Positions 8,078 through 16,190 are shown, numbered from the stretch's first letter. The stretch is DNA of 64,000 nucleotides from a virus (IMGVR_UViG_3300028800_000060:32001-96000); one strand, 5' to 3'. The notes: a model not told the origin generated them from the sequence alone. Program-made: numbers and translations.

Positions 8078-8822
8078 TCTCAGTATTTTTAATCTCGGTA
8101 ACCATATTGGTACACCTATTCTAATAGGTCAATTAGGTTCTAAAGCATACGGAACAGATACTCCCGATTCTGATGATGATTTCGTGAGTGTTGTTGTTTC
8201 ACCTCTTTCATATTATATCGGATTAAATTCTTGGGAAAATGACGGTTCGTTAAAGATTGAACGTAAAGAAACACATAATGCTGAATTAACGGCATTTGAC
8301 ATTAAGAAGTTTTTGAAGTTATGTTTGAATTTTAATCCTAATGTGATTCCTCTTTTATATTTACGTCAAAATGATTATGAATTTATGACGTCCGGAGGAA
8401 TTCGTTTATTGGCCGATCGGTCAGCATTTACCAGTAAAAGAGCTTACAATACAATGATTGGTTATGCCAAATCACAACGTAAAGCTGTTGTGAATGGTGA
8501 TACCGGTAAATTGGGAATGAAAAGAAAAGAATTAGTAGCAAAGTATAGCTATGATGTTAAATTTGCGAGCCATACTATTCGTATTTTAAAAATGGCCATT
8601 GAATTTTTCCGAGAGGGACAATTGAATGTTTATCGGGAGAATGATCGTGATTTGTTGGTTGGTATAAGACAAGGAAAATGGTCTTTGAAACAATGGTTAA
8701 ATGAAGTAGATTATTTACTTGAACAGGCGCAAAAAGCCGAAGCAGAAAGTAATTTACCAGAAACTCCAGATTACGAAAGGGTAAATGATCTTTGTATGGA
8801 TCTTATCAAGACTTATGCGTGA
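8070..8822 (+). CDS. Pol-beta-superfamily nucleotidyltransferase (YcgL/RlaP/NrdC.11-like)
   Basis: GSKAYGTDTPDSDDD, NPN, YDVKFASHTIR. Confidence 0.88.
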   Translation: MFDLSIFNLGNHIGTPILIGQLGSKAYGTDTPDSDDDFVSVVVSPLSYYIGLNSWENDGSLKIERKETHNAELTAFDIKKFLKLCLNFNPNVIPLLYLRQNDYEFMTSGGIRLLADRSAFTSKRAYNTMIGYAKSQRKAVVNGDTGKLGMKRKELVAKYSYDVKFASHTIRILKMAIEFFREGQLNVYRENDRDLLVGIRQGKWSLKQWLNEVDYLLEQAQKAEAESNLPETPDYERVNDLCMDLIKTYA

Positions 8823-9273
8823 AATTACCGGTGATATTTGGGACTTTCACGAACAAGGTTTTCCTATCGTCATAACCACAAATTGTAATATAAATAGCCG
8901 ACATAATGCGGTAATGGGAAAAGGTATAGCTTCGGAAGCCAAAGAACATTTTCCTGGTTTACCAAAGATGTTGGGAGAACATATCAAATGTTTTTATGAT
9001 GCTGTAAAATATTTTCCCGAATTTAATTTATTTGTATTACCCACCAAATATAATTGGTGGGAAAAATCTGATTTGGAACTCATAGAACAAGGTGTAATAC
9101 AATTACGAAAAATAGTTCATTATAAACAGACGGTTATGCCTAAAGTTGGGTTTGATAAAGTTTATATGGTCAGACCTGGTTGTTCTAATGGCCACTTAAA
9201 ATGGGAAGATGTTAAACCTATTTTAGTAAATAATTTGGATGTTTCATTTTTTGTAGTAGAAAAAAGAACTTGA
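8815..9273 (+). CDS. Macro-domain (ADP-ribose processing) protein
   Basis: ITGDIWD, ITTN, AVMGKGIA, PTKYNW, PGCSNG. Confidence 0.85.
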   Translation: MREITGDIWDFHEQGFPIVITTNCNINSRHNAVMGKGIASEAKEHFPGLPKMLGEHIKCFYDAVKYFPEFNLFVLPTKYNWWEKSDLELIEQGVIQLRKIVHYKQTVMPKVGFDKVYMVRPGCSNGHLKWEDVKPILVNNLDVSFFVVEKRT

Positions 9274-9298
9274 CAAACCAAGTATTTTTTAGTATACT
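9270..9298 (+). promoter_or_regulatory. Sigma70-type promoter
   Basis: TTGACA-17 bp-TATACT. Confidence 0.8.
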
Positions 9299-9343
9299 AG
9301 AATAGTTGAACAAAATATTGAGAATTTAGAAAGAAGGAATATT

Positions 9344-9544
9344 ATGAACTTTAAAAGAGCATTATCAATTTTGGCAAAGTTTTTCGTAATGAATGAAGAA
9401 GCATTTTCTCATGCCTTGTCCAAGGCAACTATTATTGCCTGGGCCGAACAGGTTAAGGAACAGACAGTCCAAGAGCTAGGCGATGTGTATCAGTTGACAC
9501 AACAGCAACATGCATTTTTAATTGGTGAAATTTTTTCTTTCTAA
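9344..9544 (+). CDS. Hypothetical protein
   Basis: AAGGA RBS, downstream of promoter. Confidence 0.6.
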   Translation: MNFKRALSILAKFFVMNEEAFSHALSKATIIAWAEQVKEQTVQELGDVYQLTQQQHAFLIGEIFSF

Positions 9545-9553
9545 GGAATATTA

Positions 9554-9787
9554 ATGGCACAACATAGTTGTAGTAATCCGCGTTGTAATGATTTGGCTTC
9601 TGGAAGAAATTTATTTTGTGCGAAATGCTGGTTTCATATTCCAGATGGTCATCGAGAAGAAATCCGAGGTGACACCGAAAAGGCAGTTCACACATTGCGC
9701 GCCCATCCTAGCCGTGAGTGGCTTTCACGGGCACTGAAGTATATTACTGAACCACGAAGGCCGGCGCCCGCAGCTTCTGTACTATAA
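9554..9787 (+). CDS. Small Cys-rich hypothetical protein
   Basis: TAAGGA RBS; CSNPRC...CAKC. Confidence 0.6.
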   Translation: MAQHSCSNPRCNDLASGRNLFCAKCWFHIPDGHREEIRGDTEKAVHTLRAHPSREWLSRALKYITEPRRPAPAASVL

Positions 9788-9794
9788 AAGAAAT

Positions 9795-9903
9795 TGCGTC
9801 TTATTGAATTTTGAAGTATTATTGAGGTCGTAAATAAATGGAACATGGAACCTGCTTCGGCACAGACACTGTACCAGCCTCAATAAAGGGAACGATAGAC
9901 ACA
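9795..9903 (+). ncRNA. Unassigned structured RNA with cUUCGg tetraloop
   Basis: ttattgaggt/gcctcaataa stem, tgc-ttcg-gca hairpin, outer gtc/gac stem. Confidence 0.45.
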
Positions 9904-9906
9904 TTT

Positions 9907-9978
9907 GATATATCGTCTAGTGGCAGGACATTGCCCGTGAATAGGGTGAAAATGGTGGGTTCGAATCCCCGTATATCT
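9907..9978 (+). tRNA. Atypical or degenerate tRNA-like gene (anticodon unclear)
   Basis: GATATAT/GTATATC acceptor, GTCTAGTGGCAGGAC D arm, GGGTTCGAATCCC T arm; non-canonical anticodon arm ttgccc-gtgaata-gggtga; no CCA. Confidence 0.55.
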
Positions 9979-10011
9979 TTTAGCCTTTAAAAGCTATTAT
10001 TGTGGAACAAA

Positions 10012-10035
10012 TATAAATCGGTGCACCGATTTATA
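10012..10035. repeat. Perfect 24-bp palindrome
   Basis: tataaatcggtgcaccgatttata. Confidence 0.85.
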
Positions 10036-10099
10036 AGTGAGATCCGTCCCGCCGCGGTTTTATATATTATTGTAGTAATCTAACACCAAGAGAAATTTA

Positions 10100-10178
10100 G
10101 GGCTATGGAGATGCACGGGGTGTCTACTTCATTTGCAATGAAGAAAGCAGATCGGTTCAATTCCGATATGGTCCACCA
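10100..10178 (+). tRNA. tRNA-Ala(TGC)
   Basis: GGGCTAT/ATGGTCC-A-CCA with G3:U70, CTTCA-TTTGCAA-TGAAG; atypical D arm. Confidence 0.88.
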
Positions 10179-10180
10179 AT

Positions 10181-10276
10181 ATTTGTCTGTGGCAAAGTGA
10201 AGTCAGTTTAGTTTCCACCTAACTGTAGGGTTATAACCAGCGACTAAACGTAAGTCGCAACGTACAGTAGACAAAT
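10181..10276 (+). ncRNA. Unassigned multibranch RNA between tRNA-Ala and tRNA-Cys
   Basis: atttgtct/agacaaat closing stem with internal hairpins (cagtt/aactg, ggtt/aacc, gcgact/agtcgc). Confidence 0.5.
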
Positions 10277-10292
10277 CGGATGAGTTGATTAA

Positions 10293-10369
10293 GCATTGGA
10301 TGCCGAAGAGGTCGAGGCGATGGTCTGCAAAACCATTCTTAGAGAGTTCGAGTCTCTCCCTTTGCTCCA
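10293..10369 (+). tRNA. tRNA-Cys(GCA)
   Basis: ATGGT-CTGCAAA-ACCAT, GAGAG-TTCGAGT-CTCTC, U73-CCA; two U-U mismatches in the acceptor. Confidence 0.85.
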
Positions 10370-10394
10370 TAAATAGTGTATTAGAGAAATAAAA

Positions 10395-11084
10395 ATGTCA
10401 CAAAAAACGAGAGAGCAATTCAAAGACGATAATAAGCAACTTCGCTGCCAATTACGGCAGTCGCAACGTGAAGTTCACCAATTACAAGCGGATATTCTTG
10501 ATCTTGAGGAACTCCGTGATGAAAGTTTAGACGAACAAGAAGATTTGGTTGAGGATTTAGAAAAAGAATTGACCGTATTAAGACAAGATGTAGAAAGTTT
10601 GGAACGTGATTTAAATACAGAAACTGAAATTGTAGAACAATTGCGAACTGAGTTGAAAACTTCAGAAGATTCGAATACTTCTCTCCGTGATGAAATTTCT
10701 GAATTGGAAGAAGAGGCCGAAAATTTAAGATACCAACTTGAAGATTTGGAATCTGATAGTAATGAATGTGAAGAATTGCGCGAAGAACTTGCAGATGCTA
10801 ATCAGGACATTGATAATCTTCAAGAACGGATTAAAGAACTGAATTCCGAACGTACGGATGCTATGGATTCTGTCGATTATCTTCAAGAGGAAGTCGATTC
10901 TCTTCGTGATGAACTTGTAAATCTTCGAGATGATGAATGTATTCATGAAGACGAAAATACCGCTCTTCAAGATGAAATTGACTCTCTTCGAGACGAAAAT
11001 AACTCTCTTGAACAGGAAAATAGGGAACTTGGAGAGGAAAATGTTAGACTTTTAGGACAACTAGAAGATTACGAATCTCTTTAG
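10395..11084 (+). CDS. Highly acidic coiled-coil protein
   Basis: Continuous heptad pattern, E/D-rich, recurring SLRDE. Confidence 0.75.
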   Translation: MSQKTREQFKDDNKQLRCQLRQSQREVHQLQADILDLEELRDESLDEQEDLVEDLEKELTVLRQDVESLERDLNTETEIVEQLRTELKTSEDSNTSLRDEISELEEEAENLRYQLEDLESDSNECEELREELADANQDIDNLQERIKELNSERTDAMDSVDYLQEEVDSLRDELVNLRDDECIHEDENTALQDEIDSLRDENNSLEQENRELGEENVRLLGQLEDYESL

Positions 11085-11090
11085 TTTTAT

Positions 11091-11201
11091 GTAGTCCGAA
11101 AGGACTACGGGGGTAGTTTATATCCTCTCGTAGAACGGTAAAATCACTCCGTTCCATCTTTAGATGGATAGATGGTCGAGTCGTGACGATCCGGGAGGGC
11201 C
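11091..11201 (+). ncRNA. Unassigned structured RNA upstream of tRNA-Leu(CAA)
   Basis: gtagtcc-GAAA-ggactac GNRA hairpin, gaacgg/ccgttc and overlapping alternative stems; GC-rich against background. Confidence 0.4.
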
Positions 11202-11210
11202 AAATATTAT

Positions 11211-11300
11211 GGCCGTGTAGCAGAACTGGTACTTGCGCGAGACTCAAAATCTCGGTCGAACTAAGATTCATTGTGGGTTCGAATCCCACCATGGCCACCA
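11211..11300 (+). tRNA. tRNA-Leu(CAA)
   Basis: GGCCGTG/CATGGCC-A-CCA, CGAGA-CTCAAAA-TCTCG, long variable arm. Confidence 0.93.
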
Positions 11301-11335
11301 AATCTCGAAATTAAAACTTAATAAGAGTGTAAAGC

Positions 11336-11548
11336 ATGCCTTACTACGATTATGAATGTACGAAATGCCATAAGCAATTTGAAGTTTTTCAGCATATGGT
11401 AGATGAACCTTTTACCGAATATCGGCATTTAGATAGATATCTTTGTACTTGTAATGGACCTGTTGTTCGGAATATATCCGTACCTTCGTTAAAATTTATA
11501 GGTAAGGGGTTTTTCGTTAATGATTATCCCAAGGACAGCAAATGCTGA
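11336..11548 (+). CDS. FmdB-family zinc-ribbon protein
   Basis: MPYYDYECTKC...FIGKGFFVNDY. Confidence 0.88.
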   Translation: MPYYDYECTKCHKQFEVFQHMVDEPFTEYRHLDRYLCTCNGPVVRNISVPSLKFIGKGFFVNDYPKDSKC

Positions 11549-11672
11549 ATTGGCAGTTAGATTATTATCGTTAAGTTATGGATATGAAAAAGAAGTAAAA
11601 TTGACAATGAAACAAGCTGCCGATTTATTAATTTGGATTCAAGAAGTAGACAAGTATTTAAAGAAACAAGTT

Positions 11673-11753
11673 TAGAGAGTAACCGCAACCTATTCGGTAT
11701 TAGGGATTATTAGTGGTAATAGGATAACACTAATATATAACTCCTGCTCTCTA
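11673..11753 (+). ncRNA. Unassigned three-way-junction RNA with potential kissing loops
   Basis: tagagagta/tgctctcta closing stem; loops cctatt and aatagg are complementary. Confidence 0.5.
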
Positions 11754-11765
11754 TTAAATTTAAAT

Positions 11766-11841
11766 GCCACAGTAACTCAGATGGTAGAGTGCCACACTTG
11801 TAATGTGGATGTCGGGGGTTCGAAGCCCTCCTGTGGCTCCA
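11766..11841 (+). tRNA. tRNA-Thr(TGT)
   Basis: GCCACAG/CTGTGGC-T-CCA, CCACA-CTTGTAA-TGTGG. Confidence 0.95.
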
Positions 11842-11920
11842 TTTATTTCGGGCCGGCCGCCAAGCGACCAGCCCGATTTCTCTTATTGCTTTCCCCACAA
11901 AAAATTGATATAATGAGAAT

Positions 11921-12142
11921 ATGAAAAAAGAAAATTTGCTGCCTTCGGGCACGCGTGTTAAAGTACATTCTTTAGGTGACGGAAAAATTGGATATGGCAC
12001 CGTTTGCGGAGTCTATACAGCGGATATACATCCAAATTTTGCCATATATATTGTCTGGATGGCTCCAAGTAATCCTTGGAAAGATTATATGAATGGATAT
12101 ACTTGCATTACTGTTCCTAATGTCTGTTTATCTGTGGTATAA
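11921..12142 (+). CDS. Hypothetical protein, probably leaderless
   Basis: ATG 6 nt after TATAAT (11909-11914). Confidence 0.6.
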   Translation: MKKENLLPSGTRVKVHSLGDGKIGYGTVCGVYTADIHPNFAIYIVWMAPSNPWKDYMNGYTCITVPNVCLSVV

Positions 12143-12297
12143 TTATGAAAAGAGAATTTCTATGTAAATTTAAGGACAATCGTCCTCATGAGGTATATTA
12201 TGGGGAATCTCTATTTGAGGTTTGGTACACATATATTCATGTACGCGGTTCCGAGTATATCGAACATATTATTTCTATTGAACGTGTGTGGTAGAAT

Positions 12298-13407
12298 ATG
12301 AAATTCCCAACATTATATCATAAAGGAAAAACTGGTGCTTTGGTTCAATGGGATATTTGGACCGAAGGAAGTACAATTTTTGCGCGACATGGACAAGTTG
12401 GAGGAAAACTTCAACTTACTCCCGGTATCGTTTGTGTGGGAAAAAATATCGGAAAAGCAAACGAAACTACTCCTTCTGAACAAGCTGATGCCGAAGCTAA
12501 AGCTATGTGGACGTTCAAGGTTGAACGGAAATATAGCGAAACACAAGAGGATGCTCAGGAAGAAGTTTTTCTTCCAATGTTGGCACATGACTATAAAAAG
12601 TTGACGGATAAAGCAAAGTCAAAGATTTCTTACCCAGTTGATGTTCAACCAAAACTTGATGGTGTCCGTGCCATGGCATTTTGGAGTGATGGACGTGTCG
12701 TGCTTTTCACTCGTGGTGGAAAAGAATGGATTGCACCAAAACACATTATTAAAGAACTTGAGAAGAAAATGCCACAGGAAATGGTTCTTGATGGAGAATT
12801 ATATATCCATGGTGTTGATTTTGAATCATTAACCTCTTGGGCAAAGAAGATTCATCCCGAAACGAAAGATTTACAATTCCACATTTTTGATATGCCCATT
12901 AATGAAATGGGTGCCCGGCAGCCTTGGTTTCAACGAGCTAAAAATTTAAAGAAATTTTTTACAGTTAACACCTTTAGTCATTCGGTGTTAGTTGATTGGG
13001 CAACGGCGAAAAGTGAAAAAGAAATTCTTCAAATGGAAGAAAATGCACTCGAACAAGGATATGAAGGTGTTATTGTTCGAACACTTAAAGGTGACTATAT
13101 CTTTGGACATAGATCTAAGGATCTTTTAAAGGTAAAAACATCGCAGGATGCTGAGTTCAAAATTATTGGTTTTGACCATGGGGTGGGTAAGTTTTCCAAA
13201 GCTATTGTTTGGAAATGTGAAACAAAAGAAGGAAAACCATTTAACGCTACTCCAAAAGCAACACAAGCTATTCGGGAAAAATTATATTCTGAAGGAAAGA
13301 AACATGTTGGTAAGTGGTTGAAGGTGAGATTTCAGAATTATACAGTAGAAGGTAAACCTCGATTTGGTAGAAGTTTGGGTTTTCGTGATCCCATTGATAT
13401 GGACTAA
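12298..13407 (+). CDS. lig: ATP-dependent DNA ligase
   Basis: PMLA, QPKLDGVR, LDGELY, FHIFD, GYEGVIVR, LLKVK, PRF motifs. Confidence 0.93.
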   Translation: MKFPTLYHKGKTGALVQWDIWTEGSTIFARHGQVGGKLQLTPGIVCVGKNIGKANETTPSEQADAEAKAMWTFKVERKYSETQEDAQEEVFLPMLAHDYKKLTDKAKSKISYPVDVQPKLDGVRAMAFWSDGRVVLFTRGGKEWIAPKHIIKELEKKMPQEMVLDGELYIHGVDFESLTSWAKKIHPETKDLQFHIFDMPINEMGARQPWFQRAKNLKKFFTVNTFSHSVLVDWATAKSEKEILQMEENALEQGYEGVIVRTLKGDYIFGHRSKDLLKVKTSQDAEFKIIGFDHGVGKFSKAIVWKCETKEGKPFNATPKATQAIREKLYSEGKKHVGKWLKVRFQNYTVEGKPRFGRSLGFRDPIDMD

Positions 13408-13415
13408 ATAAATAT

Positions 13416-13766
13416 ATGAAAACCTTTCGAGAAATATTTCGAGAATCAATACAGGCAACATTATTGAATTCTTATGGATATAGAGGTCCCTATCGTGGCG
13501 CTGATGGACATAACTCATTTATCTTAGATGAACATATTGAAATTTTAATTGATCTTCCTGGAAATGAGTGGCACTATGTTGTCGATGGTGTTGTAAAAAT
13601 TGTTGGTCATTTGAATGACCAATCATTGGTTGATTTCCTTCGAGGGAAAATAACTCCTCAAATGGAAACTGAAGAAACAGAAGATAATCGCTTAGCTAAA
13701 GCTAAGATATATGAACCTGATGGTGGTACATATTCAAGTACACCATCTACACCAGGAGATTCTTAA
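13416..13766 (+). CDS. Hypothetical protein with capsid-targeting-like N terminus
   Basis: MKTFREIFRE; preceded by TAAATA. Confidence 0.6.
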   Translation: MKTFREIFRESIQATLLNSYGYRGPYRGADGHNSFILDEHIEILIDLPGNEWHYVVDGVVKIVGHLNDQSLVDFLRGKITPQMETEETEDNRLAKAKIYEPDGGTYSSTPSTPGDS

Positions 13767-13911
13767 ATGAAAACGAATTATGAAATTGTGTCGTTATTAC
13801 TTTTTGTACTTTTTGTTGTATTGATGTCTGTTGGTTGTTTTTTTGTGGGTGGAATAGCTGCGGGATTAATAGTTGCATCAATACTTGTTTTAATTTTAGC
13901 TCTTGTGATTC

Positions 13912-14124
13912 ATGCGATATATGAATGAAATGAATGACCAATTAGCAGATTACTTTTTCTTTTTTCTCTTGCGAGATCATCTTCCGGCGGGAGCAATAGC
14001 AGAAGCATTACAAGATGCCGAAAAATCTCTCGCGCAAGAAGTAATAAAAGATACCTTAATAACAGAAGGTATGTTAAATCTAGCTTCGAAATTTACAGAT
14101 AGATTTTTTGTGAAACAAATATGA
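13912..14124 (+). CDS. Hypothetical protein
   Basis: LLRDHLPAG motif; coupled to next ORF. Confidence 0.55.
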   Translation: MRYMNEMNDQLADYFFFFLLRDHLPAGAIAEALQDAEKSLAQEVIKDTLITEGMLNLASKFTDRFFVKQI

Positions 14125-14330
14125 ATTGTTACGTCCTCATGAGGAACGATACGGGACAATATTACCGCGGTAATAATAAACCAATGTTTAAAGACCGATG
14201 GACGATGGATATAGAACAAGCAAAGAAATATAAACGTAAAGGTGATATTTCAAATGCGGTATCAATGATGCGTGACTATTCCAAAAAAGCGACAAAAATA
14301 TTACATTTACGGTGTACGTATATTCTTTAG
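14121..14330 (+). CDS. Hypothetical protein
   Basis: ATGA overlap. Confidence 0.55.
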   Translation: MNCYVLMRNDTGQYYRGNNKPMFKDRWTMDIEQAKKYKRKGDISNAVSMMRDYSKKATKILHLRCTYIL

Positions 14331-14339
14331 TGTACGCAG

Positions 14340-14624
14340 ATGAATACCAAATCTAGAGTAGTACATTGCAAAAAGGAACCATATGATGTTTATATTGGCC
14401 GTCCTAGTATTTGGGGAAATCCTTTTTCTCATATGGCCGGAACCCTAGCAGAGTTCCGTGTTAAAACCAGAGAAGAAGCCATCGAATGCTTCGCAAAATG
14501 GATCGAAAACCAACCCGGACTTATGGGACGTTTACCTGAACTCCGTGGGAAAGTTTTAGGTTGTTGGTGTTGTCCAAAAGCTTGTCACGGGGAAGTACTC
14601 GTGAGGCTTGCAAACAATGTATAA
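14340..14624 (+). CDS. DUF4326-family protein
   Basis: VYIGRPSIWGNPF...LRGKVLGCWCCPKACHGEVL. Confidence 0.9.
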   Translation: MNTKSRVVHCKKEPYDVYIGRPSIWGNPFSHMAGTLAEFRVKTREEAIECFAKWIENQPGLMGRLPELRGKVLGCWCCPKACHGEVLVRLANNV

Positions 14625-14627
14625 ATA
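14620..14627 (+). promoter_or_regulatory. T4-type late promoter
   Basis: TATAAATA; also at 4895, 50206, 51936, 54672 and 55436, with CATAAATA variants at 10368 and 40049. Confidence 0.75.
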
Positions 14628-14695
14628 GTTGTGTAGTTAAATCAACTGGCTTTAAGCAGATGAGCACTTAGCCAGTGTGCTGAGAAAAGGACAAA

Positions 14696-15538
14696 ATGAT
14701 GTATCAAAGTGGCCTAGTTGCCGTTATTAAAGTTGGAGGCAAAGTTCTCCGCGAAGACCGGGGAGAAGTTTGTATTCCTTTTGGTTCAGAGTATTCGATT
14801 CTAGTAAAGAATCTAAAGGTACAGAGAGTTAAAATTAGAATAACCATTGATGGTGATGATGCCTTCGATGGAACAGAAATTGTAATTCCCGCCCATTCAG
14901 AGGTTGAATTGGAGAGATTTATTCGCAACGGTAATTTCTCATCTGGTAATCGTTTTAAATTCATCGAACGTATCGCGGATATTGAAGAGTTTCGTGGCGT
15001 TAAAGTTGATGATGGTTTAATTCGAATCGAATACTGGACAGAGAAAGTTCATAATCCATATGTATTGGTAAATAACGCTTGGAAACATGAATTTGGAACA
15101 AGCTATTCAAATCCTTGGAGAAGTGGATTTCATAATTTCGATTCTTTGGATTCAGGACAAGTAAAATCTCGTGGTATTACCGGATCGAGTTCAGACCCGT
15201 TTTTAAATTCTTGCCATACAATGAATTATTCCAGTGATGTGAATGCACGAGGAATTGAAATTAGCGCTTGTAATGTTACTAGATCATTCACTCCACCTAA
15301 GAATGAGAATGGCATTACTGTGGGCGGTGGCCAGAGTAATCAGAGATTTGCGACAGTAGAATGGTTTGAAACAGAACCACAGAGTGAAGTACTTTTATTG
15401 CATTTAGTGGGAAAGATTTCAACAACAAAAATAGAAACCCCCATTACGGTAGATATGAAGAAACAATGTCCCACATGTGGAAAAATGGGGTTAGGTAGGT
15501 TTTGTTCACGTTGTAGTACAGCTTTAAATTGGATTTAA
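14696..15538 (+). CDS. Conserved-looking phage protein with C-terminal zinc ribbon
   Basis: IPFGSEYSILVKNL, DGLIRIE, CPTCG...FCSRC. Confidence 0.75.
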   Translation: MMYQSGLVAVIKVGGKVLREDRGEVCIPFGSEYSILVKNLKVQRVKIRITIDGDDAFDGTEIVIPAHSEVELERFIRNGNFSSGNRFKFIERIADIEEFRGVKVDDGLIRIEYWTEKVHNPYVLVNNAWKHEFGTSYSNPWRSGFHNFDSLDSGQVKSRGITGSSSDPFLNSCHTMNYSSDVNARGIEISACNVTRSFTPPKNENGITVGGGQSNQRFATVEWFETEPQSEVLLLHLVGKISTTKIETPITVDMKKQCPTCGKMGLGRFCSRCSTALNWI

Positions 15539-15543
15539 TTTAT

Positions 15544-15618
15544 TCCTCAATAGCTCAATGGTAGAGCTTTCGACTGTTAACCGAAGGGTTGTAGGTTCGA
15601 ATCCTACTTGAGGAGCCA
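15544..15618 (+). tRNA. tRNA-Asn(GTT)
   Basis: TCCTCAA/TTGAGGA-G-CCA, loop CTGTTAA, GGTTCGAATCC. Confidence 0.95.
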
Positions 15619-15622
15619 AGTT

Positions 15623-15767
15623 TTGTGAAAGATAGACTAACAAGGAACATAGGGAGCCCTTAAAGCCTAATTATAAGTATGGATGCATACAGAACATAAA
15701 TAAATGGCAGCTAGGAGCGGGGTAAAGCGGACCGCAATCCGTAATCTCAGGTGAAATCCTTTCACAA
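15623..15767 (+). ncRNA. Unassigned ~145-nt structured RNA after tRNA-Asn
   Basis: ttgtgaaag/ctttcacaa closing stem; T-loop-like agg-TGAAAT-cct next to the 3' strand; internal hairpins. Confidence 0.5.
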
Positions 15768-15878
15768 TGAAAGATATACATGAATTTTTTGAAAAAGATA
15801 ATAAATTTGATTCTGTGTATAATTTCGTTTTTGACTAAATATAACAGAGTTAAACTTGTAGCAACAATCGAGGGAAAT

Positions 15879-16190
15879 ATGTCAACACAATTAGTAGCAG
15901 GACAAGTAGCAACAGTTAAGTTGAGCGGTTTGGATGTAAAGGGAGATGTAGCTCCTGTTTATAATCTAGCTGGCTCTGTGGCCACGGCCGATGCCGCGGT
16001 ATTAGCAGTTACAGTTAACGCAGACGGCACTTTGTCTGTAACATCTCTAGGACCAATAGGAGCAGCAACAGTGACATTTACCGCCACTGATGCTGCTGTA
16101 AATGGGAATGTTTTATCAACAACTCTTGAATTTACTGTAGTAGCAGGACCTGCTGTGCAATTAGTAGCAACCGTTGTTTCTGTAGCGTAG
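15879..16190 (+). CDS. Ig-like domain protein (possible virion decoration); in-frame upstream start at 15780
   Basis: GAGGG RBS; V/A/T-rich beta pattern, GAATVTFTA. Confidence 0.65.
   Translation: MSTQLVAGQVATVKLSGLDVKGDVAPVYNLAGSVATADAAVLAVTVNADGTLSVTSLGPIGAATVTFTATDAAVNGNVLSTTLEFTVVAGPAVQLVATVVSVA

Noticed and set aside
14645-14690. SAM-II/SAM-V or preQ1 riboswitch
   Set aside because: The pseudoknot topology is similar but the conserved ligand-binding nucleotides do not match. Kept as an unassigned element.
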